From the human T2T-CHM13v2.0 reference genome, Homo sapiens, in the NCBI RefSeq assembly GCF_009914755.1, contig NC_060930.1: a DNA stretch of 64,000 nucleotides, one strand, 5' to 3'. Shown piece by piece: positions 37,850 to 52,786 of the stretch (within the stretch, counting starts at the first letter, position 1; every line of letters starts with the position of its first letter). The position numbers and the translations under genes were made by a program. The notes under the pieces are model-generated. The model saw only the letters and a program-made list of their open reading frames with translations. It did no database searches and was not told the DNA's origin.

Positions 37850-38719
37850 ACTAAAGTTTGCATTTTAGAATACTGTTAAAGAAAAGTTGCAAAGATAGCA
37901 CAGAGTTCTTGTATATCCCACATCTAGCTTTCTCTATTATTAATGTCTTATATTGCTACGTAACATTTGTCATAGTTAATGAACCAACATTAATGCATTA
38001 TTATTAACTAAACTCTATTTTTTTTCAGATTTCATCTTTTTTTTTTCCTTTTTCTGTCCCAGAATTCTATCCAGGATATCACATTTCATTTATTTTCCTT
38101 GTTTCCTTAGGCTTCCCTGGGCTGTGACAGTCCTCAGCCTTTCCTTGTTTTTGATATCTTTGACAGTTTGTAGAGGTACTGGTCAGGTATTTTGTAGAAT
38201 GTCCCTAAGTTTGACTTTGGCTAACTTATTTCTCATAGTTCAGTTGGGATTAGGGAGAGGAAGGCCAAAAGAAAAAGCGACATTCTCAAATATATATGAT
38301 CAATTTATCAGTGATGATGTTAACATTGATCACTCAGCTAAGGTCGTGTTTACCAGACTTACCATAAACTTACTTTTTATGGCTTTTTAAAAAAATGCTA
38401 TGCTCTTTGAAAGCTACTCACTCAGTGTACGACCCACTTAAAGAATGGGGAATTATGTTTCACCTTGCTGAGAACAGAGTATCTACATAAATTATTTGAA
38501 ATTCTCCTGTGTAGATTTGTCTTTTCTCTCTCATTTGTTTTTTACTTAATCATTTATTTATATCAGCATGGGTATTTATTTTATACCCTGGATTATAATC
38601 CACTATCATCCTTTTTATTTTGTTACTCAATTTTTTCTGTCTCTGATGGTTGGAAGTCTTTCAGTTGGCTCTTGTGTCCCTTTGACATATCTCCATTTTT
38701 TATTGTTGTTGTTGTTGTT

Positions 38720-38750
<31 letters not shown>

Positions 38751-39380
38751 GAGATGGAGTCTTTCTCTGTTGCCCAGGCTGGAATGCAGTGGCACAATCT
38801 CTGCTCACTGCATCCTCTGCCTGCCTCCCGGATTCAAGCGATTTCTGGCTAAAAACATTGTTTTGTTTACTTTCTGGCACTACCAAGTGCTCTAGGCTCA
38901 TCTTGTATATTTCCTTCACCTGCACTACACATGATTTTTTTTCCCCAAAAAGTCCTGATCCCTTTTATTGAAGAATTGTATTAGAAACCAAGATCTGGGC
39001 ATTGGGTGTGCTTACTGCTATTGGAGTGTTGTTGATTCGGTGAAAAGAGCTAGGTATATACGTATGCCAGACCACATGTAAACATGTATCTGTAATCATT
39101 TCTGTATAAGTTTATCAGTTTATATACCAAACTAAATTTAAATTCATGCTGATGTTTCCAACAACCCTTTCCCTGTACCACATGGTTTATTCTAGCTTTC
39201 TCCTTTTGCGTATTTGTAACCTCCCAACCCAACAATGATAAAATGCTGACTTCTACCACCTGCTATTCATTTATTTGTTCAGTCTTGGTATACGTGTGTG
39301 TAGCTATTTGAAAATTATTAACGCATACCCCATGAGAGACAACTTTACTATCTATAGTGCAGTGCTTATATGTCATTCCT
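37850..39380 (-). mobile_element. Old L1MB/L1MC 3' region with a short Alu inserted
   Basis: gaaaagttgcaaagatagcacagagttc...gtactggtcaggtattttgtagaatgtccc...ttagaaaccaagatctgggc. Confidence 0.7.
38702..38842 (-). mobile_element. Short 5'-truncated Alu fragment whose tail became (TTG)n(TTA)n
   Basis: gagatggagtctttctctgttgcccaggctgg...attcaagcgatt preceded by ttgttg/attatt arrays. Confidence 0.85.
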
Positions 39381-39835
39381 GAGTGTCATTTTAATAGATT
39401 TCGCTCAGACTGTGACCTCTCAAGGTGATCCTTCTTATTGTAGAATCTGTATTTGTCGTTCTTGTTTCTGTAAATATGCCCTTTACAACCTGAGCAGAGT
39501 GGCTGATGTATCCAGATAGATTTGCATTAAGTCTGGACCCTGCATTTGTTTTATCAACAGATGTTACTAAGACCTCCTTGCCTGTGTGCTCTTGATAACA
39601 TCAATCTTCCTAAATTCTGGGATAGATATTGACTAAAGTTTCACTAGCCATGAGTTTTTATTAGGCCCTCGGGAATTCTAAATTTGACTTTTTGAAGAGA
39701 TGCTATTGGGAGACACCATATAAAAGGCAACATTAAAGAAATCCTCACAATTACGACACTGAGACAGAGTGTCATTATTTAACTGGGCTGATAAGTCTAC
39801 ATAAAGTACCAACTAATAGAAGAAATGAACTTTAA

Positions 39836-40210
<375 letters not shown>

Positions 40211-42524
40211 TAATACTGTAGTAAACCTTATGGCCTATATTTAAATCACAAAGTCTGTTCAGAACATGGCAGGCTTCTGTTCCTTGCTTCCATTTCATCT
40301 ACTTGGCATATTAATTCTAGGAAAACAGCTGAAGGATACTCTTTAATATGTCCTAAAATAGACTTTTTAAGTGCAACATCTTGTCAAGTTATAGATATTT
40401 TGTTGCATTCATTTAGAGTCAGTCATAAAAGTGGATTTACAATGTTAATGCCATATAACATTTATGGTTTTGTTTTGTAATAAGCAAGACCTCATATTGG
40501 TTACCAGAAGATGTTACATTAGACCCTAATAAAACAGGTCAGAAATAAGTAGAGCTTTTACAATAACTCTTGTATTTCACTCTGTATTTTCCCTTTGTGT
40601 TATTAGCTCAGCCTAAATCACTGCAGCATGAAAATAGAGATACTCAGAAAGGACATACCATTGCTTGGGATTCAAAGAGGACCATAACAGCATAAACTTT
40701 GAAGCTTTCTTACATATCTAAAGGAAAGCATCCTTCCTATCACCCATAAATAAATAGAGGTGGTGCTATGAGCATAGATCTGCCTTCTGCCTTCTTAGAG
40801 TGTGGGAGAGGCCAAGAGGAATAGGCTTGGCAAGGATTCTGACCCAGCAGGTTGTTGAGTAAGGAATTGGTTCTGATGGATTCTTACAACAGTCTAACTT
40901 CCCACACTGGCTAAAGCAGTCAGCTCTCTGTAGCATACTCTGTCTCTGTGATTACCTGCCAAATGCCTACTGCAGACCTGCAAAGATTAGTTACTTCGGG
41001 GGAGTGGTTTATTACTCCACAACACTGTTTTGAGCCAGGTCAATAATAACAGCAAAGGCACACAGCAAGCAGCCCTTGTTTCCTCTCTTATAGAAACAAA
41101 GAGCCCCACAATTCAACTGTTACTGATTGATCCTCGGCATCACTTTAACACCCTTGTGATTGCCCTTATTTGTTTTCCAGATACACCATAATTTTTTGAA
41201 ATATGAATCAGCTAAATGCAATTGTATTTTCAGAGAATCAAGATCTACCATACCTTATTGTCAATTTGCAAAGAGCCTGCTGTTTATGTGTCATGCACAT
41301 GAGAAATTTCTGTTTTAACAATAGATTGGAATGATGCATTTAGAAAAGTATCTGTATTGTTTGCACATGTAAAGCCCAGGTGGGGTTAAGCAATAGCAAT
41401 TCAACTAATAATAACCGTGATAATAACATGTGCTTGATTAAATGATCTTTTCTTTCTTCTCTTCTATCCTACATAGCAGTTAATTTACATTTTAATAAAC
41501 TGAATAGAAAATAATGGATTTGTTATATTTTTCTATGATGTCAGCAGAGATAACCCTTTAGGGAAAGAGTAAAATATAGTGTCAGAGGAAACAATTCCCA
41601 GGTCCTAGACTTGGGCACAGGCAAGGCTAGACAGTTCTGAATCTTATCTCAAATTCTCCCTGGAAGAGCATAAAGAAACTTTAGCAGCCAGGCCTCCAAG
41701 CAAAATTGAGGGCACTTTATCCCTTTGAGGTCATTATTTAAAAAATGACCTGATTAATCTTCCTTCAATAAATCTAAGACTCAGGCAATTTAAAGGAATC
41801 TGAATTTCATTTTCTTTGCTCGATATGTTAACAATATAAAATAATTACAGCCCTTTCTATTTTGATCTGAATTGAGATTGTATCAAATTAGGTATTGAAT
41901 ATATAATTCTGTCAGGCAAAAATAAGCAGTGGAGAGCTACAAATGTCGAGAAATCAGAAGAATATTTTCTCCAGGGGGAGTCACATTTACCATTGCTTCC
42001 CCGAATGCTTCCTTGCTTTATGAGGAGATAGAATAACGCGGTGTTTGTTCTTTTAATTTGAAGTTAATGACAAGAATTTAGATTTGAAAAGGTACCACTG
42101 TACCTACGTGCATAGTGATGGGGTTGCATTAATGAACTCAAACAGGCATCAACAAATGTACTTTATTGGAGCTAAACATTCTTTCAATATTTTTCAATTC
42201 TGAACATTCAAACTGGCACAATATTACTAACAACTCAGAACAAACAAACATTAAGCTAATAATTTTTGCTAACAAATGTCCTGTTGTCTGTAATGGGACT
42301 GCTCCACTAGTTGGGTAGGACTGCTGCTGCGTGCATGCACAGTGCTGCCTAATAGGGAGTGCCTGCATATGAATTCCTCATCTGTCCTTGCTGACTCTGT
42401 GACCTTGAACTTAGGACTCCTGATTTTAGTGGGCCAGCCAATGTATTTCATTCTCAAATTTAGATCCGAATAAGAAGTAGACCTAGGAATATACTTGTGA
42501 GTGCACATAGAACATTCAAAGGAA

Positions 42525-42880
42525 TTTATAAAAAATTAGAATTAATATGTACATTTAGCAAGCTTGCAGGATACAAAGTTAGTATGCAAATATCACCAGT
42601 ATTCCTGTATACTAGCAACAAACAATTAAAAAATAAAAATATGCCAATTGTAGTAGTATCAGAAAAATCAAACACATGGATTCTGCACACTGAAAGATAA
42701 AAAAAATTGCTGGGATAAATTAAGAAAACTAAATAAATGAACACTTTCTTCTAGAAATGCTCCATACCATGACCTGGGCAGCAGTTACATGAATGTGTAC
42801 ATATGTAAAAAGTTTTTGACCTATAAAGATTTCTGCACTTTACTATATGTGATTTATACTTCAGTGAAAAACAAAACTAA
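42525..42880 (+). mobile_element. Old L1M fragment(s)
   Basis: atttagcaagcttgcaggatacaaag...ttcctgtatactagcaacaaacaatt (FSKLAGYKV ORF2 relic). Confidence 0.6.
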
Positions 42881-44033
42881 CTGATAAACAAAAGACATAC
42901 TGGATCGGGAACATGGTTTTGATATGTGCCCACAATGGAGAGCCTGCGTGCTGCTGCACTCAGGTAGCCGTTTACAGCCCTTGTTGAGCTTTCACAATAA
43001 GAACATGATTACTATTTAGAACCAAGGCAGCTATTTTCATAACCCACTGTGAAGCAGTTAGGCAGGTATTCTTTTGAAAGTAAATAAACACAGTCAACTA
43101 CAATTATTTGGTTCCATTTAGCATATTACAAAAAGTAATGGTTTAATGATATCCTAGTGGTCCCAAATAAAGTACCACAGAAAATGATCATAAAATTTCC
43201 TTCTCACTAATAACTCTGAGACAAGTGTTATGAAAAGGCACTAAACCCCAGGAAGCCAAAGTGTTTTCACCTTCCCACCAGGTGACAATGTTATTAGTTT
43301 ATAATTCTCTATTTACTAGCCATGAAAATATAGGAGCTTTAGAGGACAGGGCAGCCTATAATAGATTTTGTTTGTTCAATAATAGATCCTTACAACATTA
43401 TCTAGACAGTTGCTGTAGTAAAGGAAATGGCCCTATAAAAGCCACATGACTTTCCAACTTTATGTCACATGTTCCTGCATGCTAGTTTATTAGACTTGGG
43501 GCCAGCAGGGCTGAGACTGAGGTAGTAGCTGAAGAGAGTTCTTCCTGACAGTAGGACCCTCCTGGGTGTACAGAGCCCAGGGGACTGGCAGAGTAAGAGA
43601 GCATAGGTACTCACTTCAGATGGACACAAACACACAAACTCTGTGTTTATTTTGGAAAGAGGTGTGAGCTATTACATTGCAAATATTCCCCAGGAGCATG
43701 TATCTAGCCTCCCGGCTCTCTATATGACACTGACAGAATGGGCTTCTTTGTCATCATTTGCTGTTGGTAGATTGGGTGCCAGTACTTGTAGTCAGGGAGA
43801 CAGCTGTGCACATCTGGAATGATCCCAGAGAGAAGTCCTAAACCAGGCTTGACAATGGTGCCAGGGCACTGAAGGATGCCCTGTCCTCTGTCACCAGAAA
43901 AGCTTCTCCTCTGTAGATTTCTATACCTGCCCCTGCATTGCCACTAAGTGTGACAGGAAGAACAAGGAGTGAGGAGGCATTTGGATCCAGGTTATACCAC
44001 ATGCTTTCCTCACCTGTAAAATAGTGAGACTAA

Positions 44034-44440
<407 letters not shown>

Positions 44441-47289
44441 GTATTAGTATTATTGTAGATATGAAGCTATTGCCTTTACTTTAAATGCTCTTTCCCAAAT
44501 ATTTGCCTGATTCACTCCCTATTCTTCTTCAATTATTCACTCAATGCTCCTCTTTTTAGTGAGGTCTACTCTAACCAATCGACATGATACTGTCTCAACA
44601 TACCCACTTTTTCTTTCCTGTTCTCTTGTATTTTTTTCTGTAACACTGATTTGATTGTAATTATTACATAATTTTCTTAGTTGTGTTAATTTTTAGAAAT
44701 TTTCTATAGCCTTTTACAAGAATTTAAGTCCGGAGACATCAGGTATTCTTGTATGTTTTGTCTACATAATACCCCATTGAAAAAAGCAGTGCCAGATGTA
44801 TCATAGGTATGAATAAATATTTGTCAAATCCTTAAAAAATTACATAACTGTGAAATTAGTTAAAAAATAATGACATTCTACTGACTATTGTTTGTATATA
44901 CATATGTATACATCTATGTACATATATTTACGTGTGTCTATACATACATATTTTTATGTTAATCTTACCCTTAATAACCTCAGAAGATAAGACACAGTTA
45001 GAAGGCACCTGACTTAAGAGAGATGACACAATTTTCCTGGTTTGCCTTATTTACACCTGTGTTCTCAAAATAATTGTTGCTAACACTAACTTTCTCTCTA
45101 AAAAAACGACCCAAGTCATAAGTTCTATGATCACCCTAAATGAGGATCAAAAGGAAAAGACTGATCTCACAGATATCCAAGAACAGTTCCTGTCTCAGTG
45201 CTGATGAATGAAGTATCCACTAGACAACCACTGGCACTGGCTTAAGAAATTTGTACTGGGGACACCAACATAATTTTTTATCTATGTAAAATAAATCTTA
45301 AATAGTAGTTATAAAAACAAGAAGAGCAAACTCAGTGTCCATAAGGCTTGTGTCTAACAGATAATTTTTCATTTGGTAAAGAACATTGTGTATTTATTCT
45401 GATATTTTTCTACAGTTTGACCCTGTTGTTGGTTGTAATGACTGCAACTTTGGGTGATGGTTTTAGTATTGACAGGACACTTTAAGGGGCTGCTGTCTTC
45501 AAGGTTATTTTGCCACTCAATTTTTGTGTTTTTTTTTTCTTTAACTCTTGGTAATTTCTATGATTCTAGTAGCTTTAATATTTAGCATTTGGGGTTCTAG
45601 GCGAGCCTATAAGGGCTTGTTTAAGAGTTATCAGGCAGATGGCACAAATTTACCTCTTTTATGGTCCCAGTAAGTTGGAGAGGGAGAGAAAGAAAACCAA
45701 CAGTAAGGGCCATGGGTTCTGAGTGACAGACATAAGCTACTCTGTTTAAATGAATCTGCAATTTTTGGAAGGAGGATCTTTTCTTTCTTATGTAACTTTC
45801 TATACTTATTTTGTGTGGTTTGATTTTAAAATGCCCTTCCTCTATCTTACTCCTCATTTCCTCTTGGAAAATTTCCTTTAAATCAGGAAAATATTGCTTT
45901 AGCAAATTACACTTTTAACAATGTCTTATCTTGCAAAGCTGGAAAATGGATTAAAATCTAATCTTCTTCCCCTTTAACCTAGCCTGGGTATTTTATATGT
46001 CACTCTCAGGGTAGATATAAGGATACCCTTTTCAAACTTTTGACTACATCTAAATAGGCCTTTAAATAGAACTCTTTAAAAATGTCCATTTTCATCCCAA
46101 GTTCGATATCAAAGTCAAAACTCTTTACCGTTTCTTCTAAAGACTCAAACTGTCTAACATCCTAAATATTTCTCTGCTAGTCTTAGCCTGGGAACCTTAG
46201 TGTCCAGTGACCTATTTAGGTTGGAACAAAGGGCAGCTGGCAGGGAGTGTGAGGAGCCCCATGTTGTTCTCAACCCCATATGCAGCTAAATTGCTGACTT
46301 TCCCACCTTCTAGTACTTCAAACACACATCACATCGACCCCCTACTATCAGTCAAATGAGGGAGGAAATGCTCACTGCAGAGAGAAGCAAATTTCAGGAA
46401 CCAACTAAAGTCTCTGAATTATGCCAGTGATGTTTTCCAAATATATTTTTTGTTTTCCAAACCTCTTACCTTTATTTCAGCAAACCCAGTTGGTCCCAAA
46501 ATTTCTCATCCATATCTAAGTCCTGAAGTCTAGGCTTCCAATATGGAGCTTATATCTAACACAATACCATTCTTGCAAACCTGCTTGGCAGTAGGGGAGT
46601 TTTTGATCACCTGTGACATAGGTAGAAATGATTGCAGGGTTTTTGAAATTCACAGGTAAAATCTAAAGGCTAAAATTAATGTGTAGTGTGACTCTTCCAT
46701 CAAGAAACATTTTACCTGAGTTTCCAATAACTAGCAAATCTGATTTAAATATTTCGGCCCCATCAACCGTATATAAGAAGAGATTCATACTGACCAGTTC
46801 TAACTCTGGATTTTTGTGGCCCTAGAAATGAAAAAAAAATAGTGGAATCACCAAAAGAAAATACCATGGTTTAGATAATGCATAAATTGAATTCCTGTAA
46901 ACTGTAGATTGTCATAAAGGAATCAAAAAATGTTTTTCCAGTACCATGATATAGGAAGATATTTAATATAAGTTCCTGTGAACAAAGAGGGAGTAAGAGT
47001 TATTTCCATTACTCCTTCAGGATTTCTTTACAATATTCAAAAGTCCTTTATTTTCGCCTCTGTGGAGTTTGTTTTATATCTCATAAAACCATTATCGAAT
47101 AGAGAGAATAAAACTGAATAAATCATTTGCAGGTGGAATCTGCTAGAGCTAGCCACAAGTACAAAGCTTGCACAGGTGGGCGTGGCTTCTGCCAGTGTCA
47201 TTGCTCATTCCCTTCCTCTGAGAACCCCCAAAAGCATTTGAGAATTAAACCTGGGAGCCTAGTCTTTATCATTGTGACCTTGGTAGTGA

Positions 47290-47556
<267 letters not shown>

Positions 47557-48629
47557 TAATCTTTTCAGTAATCAATCTAAGTAACCTTGTGAGCCTTCCT
47601 GTGCCAGACAGATGGCAACTGTGGCTTCATCTGGTTCCATGGTTTCTGGGTGCCATGAGGATAGATACAACTAGGTAGCAAAAAGTCCAGGGATAATATC
47701 AGATGAAATTACCAAAGACCACACCACTTTTTAAGACATTAAAATACTTCTTTTTCAACACCCAATACCCAGTATTCTACCAGTGCCATCCCCTAACTCA
47801 CCTATCACTTGACCCTTTTTCCAGAATGCTTGGGACCTTCCTGCAAGCCCAGGAACCTAAAGAAATTACACTTGGCCAGCAGAAACCTCTCAGACCTTGC
47901 CAGCACCAGGCCAGCATCTTTCTGATTGATTGACTATATACCATTCTGGTTATGAAATATTTTGAATATTACACCTGGTTAAAGAGCTCAGTATGCAAAG
48001 AGAACTAAGTCCTGCATATGTGTCCCTTCTCCTCAGGCTAACCTATGTTTGTGCTAACATATGTCTTGGAGCAAGAAAGGAAACAACTTTCTTTTTGGGA
48101 TTGAGCCCCTATGGCTTATTAATCAAACAAAAAGCAGATGAAAAGTAAACCAAGGTATATACATAAAATCCTCTCCAAGCCGTTTTACATACAGTCTGCT
48201 CTGCAATACTTGTTTTGATACTACCAGTTAGCTCAAGCATAATTGGTACATAGGAAATTTTGTTAGTATCAAGAATAGTTGTGTTCATTCATAAACAGTT
48301 TCTTAGGAAAGGCATAATCAGAATGGCAGAAGAATTAACACCTTCAGGAAGAAGGAAAAAGGCCCTCAGCTTGGCTACCACTCAGCAAGCCCAGGGTCTT
48401 ATAGGCCCTGTCACCTGTCAGTCTACGATGTCCCAGACTTAGAGCTTTTTAGAAAAGCATATGCTGTGTTCAAGTGGAACATCAAATCATTTAATCTTCA
48501 TTGCTGTAGGTGGATCATTGTCTTTCTTTTACAGATAATAAAACTGGGTATCAGAGAAACTAAGGAACTCACCTAATGTCCACAGATTGCAAGCGGTGGA
48601 GGCAAGTGCTCTCACTCTGAGGCTTCTAA

Positions 48630-49024
<395 letters not shown>

Positions 49025-51287
49025 TAAGGGACTGTTTGACCCTAAGTAAGTCTCCATGTATCTGTTTGTGTCAGCTTGAAGTCCTGCACTTAGGGAGTAC
49101 CTTGTGAGAGCTAAGTGGATTCTCCCTGTTAAAATCTGACAGCTCTAGGAAGGATAAACGATATCAGTCATTGTCAGCAATTAAAATGATCAATTTATCA
49201 GATTTCTTCCAAGCTGCTAGTTAGATGGGAGCAGGTTTTGACTGGAATGCGAGTGAGGTAGATGGAATGATTCAGGAACTGGGCATGTGAAAAGCTTCGA
49301 GGAAATGGTACTAGGAGCAACAAGTGAGTCTGAGGTTCAGAACATTGACTACCTGCCTCTGTAAACCCTCTTTCATCCTGTGTCCCACTGGACCCTAGGC
49401 TCAATAAGGGTCAGAATTAGAATGTAAACCTTCCTTCATGATTCCCAAAGATAACATACAATGTGCCTAGCACAAGGCCAGATGCATTTTTGACACTTCA
49501 TGTATTCAAGTTTACTCCTCTTCTCTCTCTACAAGTTATCTAAAATGTCGGTGCATAATTTTAGCTTGTTTCTTCTCCATCTTTAATTAAATATTCAAAT
49601 GTTACTTAAGCTTTCCCCTGGGTCTTTTCTTAGGGATCATATCCTTCTGCTTGCAATTGGTTGGCATAATCCGTTTTCAATTTCTGTTTCAAAAATCTCC
49701 CTGTACTTCCTCCTCCTGTCATACCATCGTTCATGCTTTTGGTCCCTCTTGTAATTATTTCAGTTAATCATCACACAATGTAAACTGAATGCATTGAGAG
49801 GATGTTGTAAATATGTAATTTATAGCATAAAAATTCCAAAATAAAAACCAACATGCCTGGAAGGAACCCTGGGGTCAAAGGAAAAGGGCAGTGTTCAGTA
49901 ATACACACAGTATGAGGAAGGCTTCTTAAAATGAAGTCAGTATTTTTCCCTGGATATTTTTCCATAGTTTTTTTCCCAGCTTTTGGGACTTTTTAAAAAA
50001 ATGTGTTTTATACCAAAATATTGTGAATTTTTTTTGTTTCTAAATGCTAATGAAGTGTGAACTGATTTCTCTTATGAAAAAGCAAATGAGGAAGCTAAAA
50101 TAAAAGTCTTTGGAAACTGATTTAAAGGAAAAAGACATTCTAGAGCCAGCATTGCAGCAAAGCCTTCTTTGTATGTGAGAAGCTGTAATAATGTAATCTG
50201 AAATAAAACACAAAAATTCCTGGAAATGAAAATGGAAATTACTCACATCAAGCACTCACAACAGCACAACAGGTTCTATAGCTCTAATGAATCTAAAATG
50301 GAAAGATATCAGAGGTGTAGATTAGTGTCATTGATCAACAGGATGAGTGTGAGCCAGCAGCCCACAGTTAATTCTCACTTGGATATCACTCAGAAAGATA
50401 CTCTGAATAACTTTCTGGTATGTCTAGCAACTGGGGGCTAATAACTCTTTATCAGTCAAAAGTCAACACAGCAAAGAGATGAATAATGTGCTCTGGGTGT
50501 ACCATTCTCTCTTCTCATTCTAAGTGCATTTTGTTTACCTGGCAAAGGAGAGCTTTCTTTACTTTCCCAGAATACCTTTTCTTTTAGGGGACAACTATTT
50601 GTAGAAATTGCAAGAATCTGGATGTGGAGAAGCCATTAGCTACCCTGTGGGTGACAGAATGCATTTGCACATTAAGAACAAGCAGAAAACCCAATCAACT
50701 GACATTCCTTGTCTAGATTGAAAAACAAACAAACAAACAAAAAAACTAGGCCAGATACAGCCAATAGATTTCAGATGCCAACTTAGTTTGATTGGCTGTA
50801 GCCTCCTGGAGTGTTAGGCTGAGAGGGATTGTGAACATGAGTCAGTTTAGAGAGAAAGAATTGCAGGAAGGATTAAGCAGGGGCGTGTGAGAGGGGCGAG
50901 GGATGAAGAGAGCTGATGAAGAAGAGTATGTGTTGATTAATTGCCATTTCCTTCAGTCAAGCACAAAGAGCAAGAGGCCGTGACTCATCTTCTAGTCCAG
51001 GAGGACGAGCACTTTGCATAGGTACTGCAGAATAGAATCCCACTTTGCAGAACTAGTAAGGAGCAACCAAGCATGCAGCTTTGGGAAACTGCAGCATTAA
51101 TTATAGAGTGAATAGCAACATGGAAAGGAGATGTAAGAATGCCAGAGTTCCCATGACTGAGATATAAATGGTTATGCCAGTACAAAGTTGTTCTCCAGTA
51201 TTCGTATAGTAATGAAAATAACCAGAGTATTTTAGGGCATTAATAGTAATAGAAATATGAATGAAATCATGCTATTGACTTATAGAT

Positions 51288-51652
51288 TGTCTTCCTTCAT
51301 TTGGGATGCTGTAGCAAAATATCATAAACTGTATGGTTCATAAATAACAGAAATGTCTTGCGCACAGTCCTGGAGGCTGGAAAGTCCAAGAACAAGGCAC
51401 CAACAGATTTGGTGTCTAGGGAGGACCTGCTTTCTGGTTCACAAATGGCACCTTTTAATTTTGTCCTTGTGTGGTGGAAGGGGGCTAGAAAGCTTTTTAA
51501 GGCTGCTTTTACTAATCTCATTCATGAGAACTTTGTCCTCATGGCCTAATCACCTCCTGAAGGCCCTTCCTCCTAATACCATCACCTTGGGGGTTAGGAT
51601 TTTCAGCATATGAATGGAAGGGGGTGAACATAAGCATTTCGACCATAGGACA
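51288..51652 (-). mobile_element. MLT1A/MST-like MaLR LTR
   Basis: ctggaggctggaaagtccaag...ctaatcacctcctgaaggccc...ccttgggggttaggattttcagcatatgaat. Confidence 0.8.
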
Positions 51653-52477
51653 TATGCATTTGTCCTGAATATAAAGCAGTTTTTTACATGTCTATCTTAA
51701 TAAATCCCCACAAGAACCACGTGAGGCTTAAAGAGTTTAGTGGCATTCCTAAGTAGTATAATCTACTGTTAAAATGTTAGAAAAGAGACCAGCTTGTACA
51801 TTCTGATGTTAGATCTTGCGTTCTTTAGATTGCATTGTAGAATGTCCTATACCATATACATATATGGTGTGTGGTGTATAACATGATGTTTTGATATACT
51901 GTATGTATATAGTAATGATTACTATAGTGAAGAGTTCTAAGTGCAGGTTTTGCCATTGTGTAGTGTTCCGGCATTTCAAATTACTGAAATAACTGATACC
52001 AGCTATTTGGTTTCAAAAATATTTATCCTAATCAGGGAAGAGATTAGTTTAAATGTCAGTGCACAAGACATTAAATCCTCAACATCCTTAGTAATTAAAG
52101 ATGCCTTTCTCAGATTTCTTGCTCTATTAGCACCTTAAAAACGTTCCAGACTTGGTAAAACTCATCCCTTTTAATACAGTGTAATGAAAATGACAACTTA
52201 ATGTGAAAAAGAAATTTGGATTAATCAAATAAAAAATTAATGTTCTTATTGATACTTATTCAAAGAATAACTTAATAAACCATAATTGGAAGGACATGAT
52301 CAACTTAGCAAACATAGCATTATTTTTTGGAGGATAAGCAGAGAGAAAAGTACAAGAGTAATTTAATTTTTAGTGAATATGGATGATACACAGAGATTGA
52401 AGAATGGAATATACACATTTGGGATAATCAGAGGAAACATAAGAAATAAGCTAAAATATTGGCAGTAGCTGATTTAA

Positions 52478-52786
<309 letters not shown>

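Noticed and set aside
47899-47918. REST/RE1-like cagcaccaggccagc
   Set aside because: Half-site spacing and sequence deviate from TTCAGCACCnnGGACAG; not supportable.
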